A stretch of 63,514 nucleotides of DNA, counting the filler, from Saprolegnia diclina VS20 (Eukaryota): assembly GCF_000281045.1 (NCBI RefSeq). It is 5 parts of 2 records of this genome, joined end to end, with 100 filler letters (N's around TTAATTAATTAA, not from the genome) between each part and the next. Parts side by side here need not be neighbours in the genome. Positions count along the whole stretch, not along the records: positions 35,114 to 54,186 come from NW_008246082.1; positions 54,287 to 61,400 come from NW_008246082.1; 3 more parts are not named here. One strand, 5' to 3'. The translations under genes and the position numbers were made by a program. Below, in pieces: positions 45,175 through 57,400 of this stretch. The notes under the pieces were generated by a model. It had not been told where the DNA came from, did no database searches, and saw nothing but the letters and a program-made list of their open reading frames with translations. The stretch's first letter is position 1. Each line of letters starts with the position of its first letter.

Positions 45175-46477
45175 CAACCTCTGGCTACGACGATGTCTTC
45201 TTCTCGCCTTCAGCTCGGCGAGATACATACCTTCGACGAGATGGGATGGTAGACGCACGAGCCAAACTATGAGCGCATCATATCCAATATCTCTGAAACC
45301 GCTGCTCCGTGTCGAGGACCCGATGGGCAACGTACATGCGTCCAAGACAACGAAGGCCAAGCTGCTCCTTCTCCCAAACGAGGGTACGAGGCTGTTCGAG
45401 CTTACGCAAGAGAAGACACTCGAGTGGTAGAAGCACCGACGCGGACAAGCGCCGACGACGTCGCCGAAGGTCTACTGCTGCAGCTGCAAGCCTACGAAGC
45501 CAACGCCGAGTCGCCCAAGCAGGTTTGCTCGCATATCTGGCTGTTGACCTTATTGATGCTGAATAGGCCTCGGAGCGACCACGACCACTCGAGGCGCTTG
45601 CCGCCAACGTGGCACTCCTCCACAAAGTGTACTTGGTGGTGATGGACCATGGTACGCCGCTCACAGTCTACTACGACGTGTGCGAGCCTGGACGTAGGCG
45701 CGACGTTGCCCCAACTCGTGATGGACCTGGCGCAACCAGAGAGTTCGTAGCTTCCAAGCAACAGGCTAGGTATATCATGTCCTGTAGCAGCAACCAGCGA
45801 GAAAGCCCGCGAGTTGCTGCAGAGAGTGGCTGACATTTGCATATTTGCGCTCGCCTTTGATCATTTCAAGGTCCATACGCACGTGCACATGGTATGCTAC
45901 AACAGACATCAATGTGTATAGGCCATGACGCCCCGAGTGCAGAACGACGTGAGTCTCTACCGGCGTCACCTCGCATCGTCGGCCAAGAAGGAGTCAGCGC
46001 CGCACGAGTACACTCTGGGATCCAATGTCCTCCATTTTGTTGAATTTTTGTAGAATTTCAGAGACCAATGTCAACGCGCTCTCGCTCTTCCTCGGTGAGC
46101 ACACGCCCGCGATCAAGCTCCTTGGCCACGCGCTCACCGATACTGTTTTGCACGTACGCTCGACCCAACTGTTGCTTAATGCATTAGGTGCTCTACGGTA
46201 GCACCCAGAGGCAGTGACCGCGCTAGCCTCTGTCGCCCATGCAGCCTACGCGACGCTATCGACCAAGTCGGCGTGCGTCAACCATGCCTTTAGAAGCATA
46301 ACGAATGTGCAACCTAGGTCGCTGGACGCAGCGCAAGCTTACTACTGCATGCGAGCGATGGCGGCGACGATCTTGGTCTTGGACCATAGCCTCGCCCACG
46401 GTGTTTTTACAGCGTCGTCGCCGCTCAAAGTATCGAGCCAGCGCTTTGCGTCGAGATGGCTCATTGACTGGGCGTAG
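45175..46477 (+). CDS. Possible multi-exon hypothetical protein
   Basis: Short codon-biased segments between GT-AG introns (LQLGEIHTFDEMG / PLLRVEDPMG / DDVAEGLLLQLQAYE / VSSQRFASRWLIDWA*). Structure not fully resolved. Confidence 0.35.
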
Positions 46478-46918
46478 ATCAAACGTTGCCTTCGAGCGCT
46501 GGCCGATGGACGCAAGACGCTACCAGCGTGCACCGAGCTGCTGGACGCCATCAAGTTTGCCAGTCGGCACGGCAACGACAGCAGTACCCCCCGACACATT
46601 CGATGGATGCTGCACAATTCCTAATGCACATGAGTGTTTTCTCACGCTTGGTTGTCTACGATGCATAGTGATTCCACAGTCATGCTGGTGGTGTAGATTG
46701 TTTCCGTGGAGCGAATGCCACGGGCATGTGATGGCCCCGCGATGGACCATGTAGTGGGGTTGAGCTAGGAAGTAGGAAAGAGCCGAGTCCCCAAATTGAA
46801 CCTGTCAGCGAAGCGACTCGCGGGTGTCGGCGAAACGCGGTGGACTGGCCAATCAGCAACGAGCACGCACCCCATTGGCCAGGACAGTGATCCCGTCCGG
46901 ACGCGTTGCAGCAGTCGC

Positions 46919-47940
46919 ATGAGCAACGTCGTCGCCTTTGTCCTCGGCGCGGTCCAGTGCATCAACAAGGCGATGGCCCAGCACGCTGCCAAAGAGTGCA
47001 TAAGCACGGCGCTGCAGTGTACCGACCTCTTCTCGGCCGTCGTGGCGTACTTTCAAGGTAGCGTGGACAGCTGCACGCGCGCCATGCTCACGCTCTGCTG
47101 CAATGGCCTTCCTATCTGCTGCGCCAAAGAGCGCAATCACGTGCCCGAGAAGCACTCGTTCGCGACGTACACGATGTCTTTGATCGGTGGTTTGTTCGAC
47201 ATGGGCTCTTGCAGCTCGATCGGCTCTGTCAACCCCACCTCTTTGCGTATGCCATGGCGATCGGCAGCATGGAGCTGGTGGAAGCACTCGACGTCAAGCT
47301 CGTGGCGGCGCGCATGGAGATCGACTGCTCGGGCCGTCGAGCGTGCGTCGGGTCCAAGGACTTGCTGGAGCAGAGCACGGTGACGTTGACGTATGTGGTG
47401 GCACGCGCCGCCGAGGCGGGGCATCTCGAGCTCCTTGTTCACTCGCGCGAGACGGCTTTGTGTGGCGCCGTTTGTTTGTGCTTGTTTGGACAACTCAACG
47501 TTCCAGTTTGTGCACGAGAACGCCATTCACACGTGGAGCCGAGCCTTCCTCTAGAGCGCCGCTGCCAATGGCCACATCAACTTGATCAAGTTTTTCCACG
47601 AGCACAACTATGCCGGCTTCAACAGTGAATCTATGGGGTCGTCTACAGTGGCAACTTGGCGCTCATTCAGTTTCTTTTGGCGCACCGCAACGATGGCGGT
47701 GCCTTGCGAACGGCCATTATGTCGGTACTCTCGACGGACAACGTCGAGTTGCTCCGATATTTCGTCGACCAGCCGGGTGCAGCGGCGCCCTTGCCCGTGG
47801 TCACGCGGCACGCCTACAACGCTCGCAGCCACAAGTGCGCGGCGCTCCTTGCCAATGACCCGCGAGTGTCACGGTCCTTGATTGGGCGCTACGAACGCAG
47901 CTGCAAGAGCAAGGCGTCCGACATATCGGAGGCGGAGTAG
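46919..47940 (+). pseudogene. Degenerate ankyrin-repeat gene
   Basis: Fragments in different frames: VARAAEAGHLELL, AAANGHINLIKFFHEHNYAGF, GNLALIQFLLAHRNDGG. Confidence 0.6.
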
Positions 47941-49476
47941 TCCACGTGTGCGTCCTTCCAAACATTATCTTTTGGTGTCGCGTTGGCTGCGTCGAGCCAG
48001 CGAGCACATGGCAGAGTGATCTGGACGACGTCAACAAGGCCGAGCCGTGCTGCGGACAAACCTTACTAGTCAACACGAGACGAGGGACGAGCTAAAAAGC
48101 TTGGAGCGAGGCAAACTCAGCAGTGGGATTGAACCAGCGCGGTCTTGCCAACAACGTTCTCGGGCTACCATTACTCGACGTCCAAGACGGCCTCCAACGT
48201 GCACCAAGTCGCGTTGCGCTACCTATATTGACACAAGGACGCACTTCAGCACGACCCACTTCAACTACGTGACGTGGCACGAAGTGCAAACAACAACCGA
48301 TTTTGATGGGCTCAAATTAAAGTGCTCACTTTAATTTGAGCCAATCCAAATCGTTTCTTCACATGTCGCAGTCCATGAAGTGCAAGAAGGCAAGAAGGGC
48401 CAAAAGCGGCATTGCTTCTGCACGTCAAAGTCAATTCTGCGTCTGAGCCCCCAAGCCAGAGCCCATGGACCCAGGCGGCCGTGACCCGCCATGCCATCGT
48501 CGACCTTGGACCTTGCCGACGACTGCAACAAGTGACCGAGGCTGCCTGTGCTAGCAGCGCCAGCTCAACGCGAACCAGCGCCCAGCGCCCGGCCAGGTCC
48601 GGACTCGACTGTCCCATCCATGGCCTCATGCGATCGAGTAGGCGAGCCCGCGGCCCATTACGCGCGCGCTGCGTTCAAATAGCCGACCAGACGAGACGCT
48701 CGTCCTCCGCCCACAGCGGGTGGACCGTCCGCCCAAGGTACGCTGTCGAATGTAAACGTTGCAGGACCTTGACTACTGCATCATAGCGTCGCCTGGCCAT
48801 CCAAGCGTACAATGATACGCAGCGGTCGACAGCCCGACTTGTGCTAAATGCACTAGGGCCCTTGCTTTGCCCCGACGACAACAACGAAATGTAAGCGATA
48901 ACAGGTTGACACACTTCGTACATGACAATCGTGGCTCGCGTAGATGCACCATCTGCCACAGTCTACTCAATGGAAAAGACGACTCGAGCAGCAAGCGCCG
49001 ACGCGTCGAGGTAGGCTGTCCAATGTGGTCTCTTGGTACTTGTATGTGCTGCATGATAGGATTGCATGGCCGGCCAAGCGTCTCGAGGTCGCATTTCTTC
49101 TCAACATGTCACGACGCGTCGCGCGATGGCCCCACCTGCCGCCACCCTCCCATCAAGACCAACTTTTGCTGATGATGGGGTTGCGGCAGGTGGAGCACAT
49201 GCATCACGCTGATAGTTCTCTTTCTCGATTGAACTATAATGTACTAATATATTTTTGTGGTCACTGCAACAATGTAACTTTGTCCAAGAGCCAACACATA
49301 GTTTATACACCCTTGCTTTCTCAACCCGTCGTTGACAGGATATCGGTGGGTTGTCGTCATAACGCGATCAATCTGGTTCAGGAAGGTGTCGCGGGGTCGG
49401 CTTCAGCGACGGAGAAGAGCGTCCTCAGTATTGTTTTTGCGCCAACGACCAAACGCAAACGCCATTATTGGCGACG

Positions 49477-50200
49477 ATGGCCTCGTCCGTGCTCCGGTCG
49501 CCGGAACTCATGAAGACCATGGGGTCGTACCAAGAAGGACTACCACAAGACTTGGCCATCGTTCAGCTCACGCCGTACTTGACGGGGTTCACGAGCGACG
49601 GCGAACCAGGATACCTTGCCAACGTCCCAGTCCGGTTTGGGTCGCTACCGTACCTTCAGCGTTACCCCCACCCAACGACCAAGCTTCCTCATCACGCGCT
49701 CTTTGTCTCGCCATACTTCTACGACCGAGCCCTTGCGCTCCACCTCTTGGTTGTCCAAGGCGACGTCGCGCTCGTCCAGCGCTGGCTGCGACGCGACGCC
49801 TCGCAGTGCAGTTCGGCGACGCTTGAGCTTGCTGCTGCTGCGTCGCAAGGTCCGATTTTGCGTCTTCTTTTCGAGCAGTTTCCAGCGCTGGCCACACCCA
49901 AGATGATGGACCTCGTCGCCATGTCGGGCAACCTCGAGCTTTTGATGTGGCTTCATGAAGCGGGTGCTATATGCTCCACCGCGGCAATGGACGGCGCGGC
50001 CATGAATGGTCACTACGACAGTGTCGTCTTTCTACACTCTGCAAGGACCGAGGGCTGCACGATCGCGGCGGCAACGGCAGCAACCGTCAATGGCCACGCG
50101 TCGATCGCTCGCTTTCTTCTCGAGCAGCGCACCGAAGGCGTTGACCCATCGCTCTGGTTCAAACAGCCGCATCGCGAGCCCTTGACGTGGGCGTTTCAAC
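49477..50200 (+). pseudogene. Ankyrin-repeat paralog truncated by a Gypsy element
   Basis: Near-identical to the 31586 copy up to ...RTEGVDPSL; similarity and ORF end where the retroelement sequence begins. Confidence 0.8.
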
Positions 50201-50201
50201 G

Positions 50202-53200
50202 TGTCGGTAGAGCGTAGAAATAGAGTTTTTAGGGGGACAGACGCTATGTAGTTCGAGAGGGCGCAACGGCACCCGCTCCGCAAGGACAACCGCAGCACCA
50301 ACCTGCCGTCTCCTGCCAAGACACCGGAGCTCCGACGCAACAACGGCAGCGTCCCGGGTGTAGTCACTCGCTTCGACACCGACGCTGCGCTTACAGTGTC
50401 GAGCCTACGACGCTCCGTGCAATCCTTCGCATCCGCTGGGCCAAACCAAAGAGCCCGAGGAGTTCACGGATTCCGAGACCTACACGTTTTTCAAGACCGA
50501 CTGCGAACGCGCCAAGACTAATATCGCGGATTTCCATGCACGCGTCCGCCGCGAGCTGCGGTGTGACGAATCGATTCGCAGCGGCGCGTCTCGTGCCGCG
50601 GTTCTCATCGAGCAGTATATGCGCATCTGCGACGAGTCGGGTTTCCGCAACTACATGGACGTCGAGCCTGAAGCCGCGCGCAACCAAGTCATCAACGCGG
50701 TGCGGCCCGAACATCTCCAAGTGCATCTCCGCCAGGAGATCGGTTTCTCCAAGAAGCTCTACAAGAGCTGGGACAACTTCATTGGCCTCCTCGTCGACAC
50801 GTTTGAAGCCTACACGCGTTTCGACTATTGCAAGAAGGCCACCCAAGCGCCAGCGCTGACGTAACCCCCGTTGAGGTGAACGTCGGCGGCTCCAAAGGTC
50901 TCAAGAAGCACAAGCACAACCACGGTCCCAAGAACACCGCCGGTGGAGGCAACGATGGCGGCGCCACCAAGGCAGCCAAGTCGCCACAGCAAGGTGGTGC
51001 GGGCGATGCCAAGCCCAAGCATTCGTGCCTCAAGTGCAAGTCGGCCGATTACAACGTGTGGAAATGCCCGCTGATCCCGGACACAGACGGCGGCAAAGCC
51101 GAAAAGAAGGCCCTGCTCAAGGCCTACTATGAGCAACAACGTGCGACACCTGCCCTACCGCGCAATAGCATGATTCAAGCCGCAGGCAGCGACTCTGCCG
51201 GCGGTGATGTCAAGGAGGTCGCCACCACCGAAGCTCAACCTCGTCGTGACCTCCTCTCGGGTGTCTTGGCGACGCCCATGACGATCCCCATCTCGGTGCA
51301 GCTGGACTCTGGCGCTGACATGACTGTGGTCACTCGGTCCTGGGTGGACCAAGCCCTCATGGCCGGATGCGACATCAAGCCACAACCGTTGGCATCCCCA
51401 CAATTGGTGCTCGCTTTCACGGGTCAAGCTACCACGATCAAGGACAAGGCGGCACTCGACCTCATTTTGCCCGCCGGCAGCAGCTCTGTAAAGCTCCAGG
51501 CGCTGCCATGTATGATCCAAGAAGACGAGTTGCCCGACTACTGCGGTGACTTGCTGGTATCTCGTCACGTCATGCACCGTCTGGGCTACGACCCAACGTC
51601 TCTCCTACAACGCGCGGGAGAGATTCGGCGCATTTGGGACTTTGCCGACCTCGAACAACCGGACCCGGCAATCGGCCTGCCGCACATTGGCACATTGATG
51701 GCCGCCCCCACTGTAACCATGACAGACAACCCGATCTACGACGGTCTTGAGATGTGTATGCCCACGCCCGATCCTCTCGATGTGCAACGTCGCGAAGTGC
51801 GTGATATCCTCCAGACACGTCTCGCTGAAGCCAAAGCCAACGGTCTGCCGCGGCGCCTCTGGCTCAAGCTCGAACTTCTGCTTGAGAAGCACTGCGACAT
51901 CTTTCGGACGGCTATCGGCCTGGACCCCCAATCAACTACCCGCCCATGATGGTCAAGCTCAAGCCCAACGCGAAGCCATACAAGTGCTCGCCGCGTCGCG
52001 TGCCTCCTCAGCAGCGCGAATGGTTGCGAAACTACATCTCGAATCTCGTCCAGCATGCAATTCTCTATCGCAACAGCAGCAGTGCGTGGGCCTTCAACCC
52101 GCACATGGTCCGCAAGCCTGGCACCAACGACTGGCGTCTCACGATCGACATGCGCCAAGCCAACTCGTGCACAGAAGACGTCCAGTGGCCCATGCCCAAC
52201 CTCGAAGCCATCATGGAGCACCTGCTCGACGCGGAGGCTCTGGCAATCCTCGACATGTTCAAGGGCTACTGGCAGTTTCTGCTCCACGAAGCGTGTCGCG
52301 ACATCTTCTCGTTCATGACGGACATGGACGTCTTCACAAGCACCCGCATCCCGACTGGTGGCAAAGGCTCCGTCGCCTACTACCAGGCCGCCGTCACGGA
52401 CATCTTCGAGAAATGGCTCTACAAGTGCCTCCTCATCTGGATCGACGACTATCTGATCTACGCCAAGTCGCCTGACGAGCTGCTCGACAGCCTCGACGCC
52501 GTTTTTACGCGCTGTGCCGAGGTCGGACTGAAGCTCAACCCGCTCAAGGACGTATTTTTTGCGCGCGAAATCAAGTGGTGCGGCAAGATCATCTCGGGTG
52601 CCGGTGTGAAGCACGACCCAGCGCGTATCCAAGCGCTGGTCGATCTCTCGCTACCGCGCAATGGCGCCGAGCTCGTCCAGTTCATGTGCGCCTCAAACTG
52701 GATGCGTACCCACATCCCGCGGTACGCCGAGGTGTCAAAGCCACTGCAAGATGCTCTGCTGCGTGTCTACCACGCCGCGGGCACGAACATGAAGCAGCCA
52801 CTCGCACATTTCTCTCTCGTGGCTTCTTCTCAACCGACGAAATCAACGCATTTGCCACCGTGAAGGCGGCGATAGCGTCCGCCACGCTCTTCGCGCATCC
52901 CGACCCACAGCAAGTCATCTGCGTTTTCCCCGACGTGTCGCTCAACTTCATCGGCGGCATCGTCACGCAGGTCCGCGCGCGGAACTCGAGCTACCTGTCG
53001 ACCAACAAGACCACACACCGTTCTTCTTCCACTCAAAGGCGTTGCGTGGCTCCCAACTGGCATGGTCGATCCTCGAGAAGGAAGCGTTGGCGATGATAGA
53101 CACCGTGCTTCGTGTACCCCACCTCACGCTCCGGACGACCGAGTTCTGCTTTGTGGATCACGCCAACTTGATCTACCTCTTCGACCCGAAAGGCCGGGAT

Positions 53201-54186
53201 CCGTCTCTCCCGCGCCACACGTGCGAGAAGGTCCTCCGCTGGAGCCTCATCCTCATGGGCTTCCAGTACAAGATCTACCACATTGCGGGCGAAGCGATCG
53301 TCTGGGCCGACCTTCTCTCTCGATGGGGTGCCGGTGCGGACAGCACTGCTCCGGTGTCTTTTTGCGCGCCTCACTCGGCACCGGCGACGCCCGTCAACAA
53401 CGCGATCATCCAAGTACGGTTCCCCGACAACCCGCGACCTTTGTCCGATCCTGACTTTGTCTGGCCATCGGTGGCGGAAATTGCGGTCCTACAAAGGCAA
53501 TGCCAAGCGCAAGGCGCCGCGTTGCAGCTCACCGAGGACGACGCCGACGGATTACTCCGCGACAACAACGGCAGCGTGTGGATCCCTGGCGCCCGACACT
53601 GACATCAAGACAAGGCTCGTGATTCTCGCGCACTGCGGCCTCGCAGGCCATCATGGCATCGACACGACGCTTCGCGTGCTTCACAAACGCTACACGTGGC
53701 CCGACCAAGAAGCTGATGTCGCTCGTTTCTGCCAGCAGTGCTACCAGTGCCAGAAGTCTGCCCCAGGTAAGGTCATTCCTGTGCCTTTGGGTAGCCAGAT
53801 CCACGCCTCCAAGCCCAACGAAGTGCTCTACTTTGACTTTGGCCCCACTACGACCGGCGAGGTCGACGTCTGCATCCTCAAGAACGACCTCAGCGGCTGG
53901 GTCCAAGCGACGAGCCACGCGACGGCCGACGTCGACGCATTTTTGGACGCTTTTTTCCGCTACACCAATCAGTTTGGCGTCCCGACGACTTGGGTGTCCG
54001 AACAAGGCACCCACTTCAAGAACCAAGTCGTCAAGGAGCTAAGCCGTGTCTATGGCGCCGGGCACCATCTCACGGTCCCGCACACGCCGTGGTCCAACGG
54101 CACGGTCGAGATCGTCAACCGACGCTTCAAGAAGCTCGTCCAGTGCCTGCTCTCGGAGTGGCAACTCCCGTACTCCTCGTGGCCCG
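50202..54186 (+). mobile_element. Ty3/Gypsy LTR retrotransposon, decayed, 3' end lost in gap
   Basis: Order gag (CLKCKSADYNVWKC knuckle) - protease (LDSGAD) - RT (WRLTIDMR, LDMFKGYWQ, WIDD) - RNase H (EKEALAM) - integrase (HCGLAGHHG...CQQCYQC, PWSNGTVE). Several frameshifts. Putative LTR start TGTCGG at 50202 cannot be confirmed. Confidence 0.93.
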
Positions 54187-54286
54187 NNNNNNNNNNNNNN
54201 NNNNNNNNNNNNNNNNNNNNNNNNNNNNNNTTAATTAATTAANNNNNNNNNNNNNNNNNNNNNNNNNNNNNNNNNNNNNNNNNNNN
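54187..54286. other. Artificial assembly spacer
   Basis: 44N-TTAATTAATTAA-44N. Confidence 0.97.
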
Positions 54287-54344
54287 GTGTACTTGTGGTT
54301 CTGGTTCGAGTCGGATTCTGGCCTAAGAGCGTGCCACGTCATCG
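54287..54344. repeat. 58-bp inverted copy of 59860-59917
   Basis: 57/58 identity to the reverse complement of 59860-59917 (GGCCTAAGAG vs GGCCTGAGAG). Confidence 0.92.
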
Positions 54345-54431
54345 TTGCGTTGGAGCACAGTCCAAGAGCCTTGGGATATCGAAGGTGTGGCTGGTCGTGT
54401 AGCACCCTGCAGTGAGCCAATGTTGTACTCG

Positions 54432-57400
54432 TCACGCAAGGAGTGGCCACGCGGCGGCGAGCGCGTCAGGCCGACTGCGGTGTGGTGCAGCGATGACAAA
54501 GGTGCGCCAGAGCTTGACGTCGAGGGCGAGAATCTGGTCGTGTGTGTGCCAAGTGAGGATGCCGTTGAGCGCGGCTGATGCCGGGTCCAGGAAGTAGATA
54601 CCGTCGTGTTGCCTAGGCTGGGCAAACAGAAAGCGCGCGCCGGCCGAGAGGAAGAGTGACGCAACTGGGGCAGTCGGTGTTTGCACCAGCCGCCTTGTGA
54701 CAAGGTAGCAGAGCCCGTTGACGGCGATCACGAGGCTGATCAAGAGCACGAAGCGGTCGAGGCGCCCGATGGTAATGATTCCCGTGGTGCAGGCTACGTC
54801 CAAGTCCAAGTCGACGATGTCGCAGCGCAGGTCCATGTCGAGGGTGGCGCGCACGGGCTGCAGAAACGAGAGAAGCGCGACGAGCGCCGAGACGAGGAGG
54901 CCGTTGGGCGTGACGTAGTAGGGTGTGTAGGCTTGCGTGAGCACGAGCGAGAGGTCGTTGACGACGGCGACAAGCCACGTGACTTCGTTGGCCGCGAGCA
55001 GCGTCGCGTACCACGGCGTGGGCACATTGGAGAAGGCGCTGAGGACGCCCGAGAAGCGCAGCTCGAGCGTTGCCGTCGAGAGGACGCAGAGCGCCGTCGT
55101 CGATCGCAGCAAAAGTAGCGGCCGACCAACCCACGTGACGGCTCCGACGCGGCCGAGCTCGAGCATGTTCAGTCCTTCAAACTGGAATTGACTTCGTACA
55201 ATGTACAAGCAGGCGACAGCCGCGACCGCAAGCACGACGCAAGTGACGTACACGATGCCGGCGCGGAGATACTGGGCGACGTTGGCCGTGACTTGCGACG
55301 CATCCGGCGGTTGCGACAGCGGCGGCTCCAAATCAAAGAGTAGCGTCATGAAGCCAACGTCTCCAACGAACGTGACGACGTCCCGTCGACCTAGCACCCA
55401 GTCGTAGAGGTACATCCACGCAAAGAAGGTAAAGTCCGGGTCGGTCGCGTTGAGCACGAGCGTCCGGCGCACCGAGAGGTCGTCCGTGACGTTGACTTTG
55501 GTGTAGGCAAAAAACTCAATCTGCAAGGGCGCGACCTCGGCCGCAGCGAGCGCCGTGTCGGTGGGTGACCCCGCCAGGTCGTACGCGTCAATGTACGAAG
55601 TCACTTGACCGAGGTACGCTTCGCACTGCGATACAAAGTTGATGTCCCCTTGGCAGGCAGCACTTGTATCAACGGGCGACGACGCCAAGAGTGCCGCAAC
55701 AATCAGCTGCTGCCGCGTCGGCGTGATGGGACCTGCGACGCCCATGGCCGCATGGCAAATCGCCGTGGACGACGGGAGACCAAAGAGGCCTTGCGAGACG
55801 CGGTACGCAATGTTGATCTCGGGACAGAGCGGCGACCCACCGAGCGTGAACACGTTCTCGACGCGCCACGCCGTTGGCACGGGAAACGAGGCGTCGAGAG
55901 GTGTGATGCGGCGGTAGGCGGCTTGGGCGTCCAAATCATTTGCCAACGAAACACGCGTGCGGTCGACGAGCGCACCGACAATTTCGCGCAGGCGCCGAGG
56001 TACTGGGACGTAAACCATGTCGATCGAGCCGAAGGGACCGAGAATGTGCGTGACGAGCGCAAAGCCGGCCGAGATCGGGGACAAGAGCGTCCCATTCTGC
56101 TGCAACATCGCCGCCGGCGTCGTGTTGGCAAAGGCAAAGCGGGCGCTGGACCGAAGCAAACTGAGCCCACCGACAAGCGTCGTGTTGGACGCGACCGCGA
56201 CAAAGTCGTTGGCGAGCGACCAGTACATTTTGAACGACGTCTGCGAGCTCAGGCGGTAAACGCCACTCTGTGCCTGTAGCGTCAGCGGGTATGAGACGCC
56301 GTAGGCGTTGGTGATGGCATACATATTGTTGAGGCCGATGCGCTTGTAGTTTTGCCACTGCACTGTAAAGTGGCGAATGCCGAATTGGGACCAGTGATGC
56401 GCTTCGTCCGCGATCGATGGCCGCGCTTGGGACGCGAGCGTCGTGAGCCACGCTCGGCCTGCGACCGAGCGCTTGAGCTCTGAAGCAACTGCGATCTCAA
56501 ACGCGACGCCCCAGCACGAGGAAAAGGCAGCAAACTCGACATTGCGCAATACGGTCTCGAGGAAGAGCGCGCCATTGTCGAGCAGCGCGCTTGGCGAGCG
56601 GCCGAGTTGGCGACCGCCCACGTTTGGTTCAAGTCGACGTAGCAGTACGGGGTAAAGATCCACGGCGCCGCGCACGGGTCCGAGACGCGCAGTCCTTGGA
56701 TGGCGGCAGGAAGTCGACTCAGCACATCGCGTTGGAGGTAGCTACCGAAGCTGCTGGACGCTAGCACCACTGGATTAGGTGACGCGTACGACGCCATGGC
56801 GCTGACGCTGGGTCCGTCGAGTGCTACCTTGATCAGTGACGTTTTGCCCAGCAGCAGCTGCTCGTGGAGCCAATTCGCAATGAAAACGTGGGCGCCCGTC
56901 GTGTTGAAGGTCGCCCAGAAGAGGTCGTTTCCCAAGTTGATCTGGGACACCTCGAGGTACGAGACGCTGCTGGCGATGGCCATTAGCATGTACACGAACC
57001 CGAGAATGCGCCACAGATGTAGCAGCCGCACATGCTTTGTGAGAGCGAGTAGGCTTGCTGATGCTCGGCGAATGAGCCGGCGCTGGTCTGGACTGACACT
57101 AACCGGCACCGACGGTCCGACGTTGATGGCGACCGGCGAAGACGGTAGCGTCAGCGTTGGTCGACAGAGCACCTTGGCGTTGACAAGCGACACCGAGCGC
57201 AGGACGGGAACTCGCACCCAGAGCTTGTAGTCAAAGAGGTCGATCGTCGGCGACGAGGCAGAGCGACGCCACAGAACGGCACGTGCGAGGTGCAGCGGAA
57301 GAAGTCCGCTCAAGACACACGCCACGTCGTCCACCAATGTCTCATCGTGACTCGTCCTTGTCGACAAGAAGGTGTTGGCGATCCCTGGGAGAAGCAGCGA

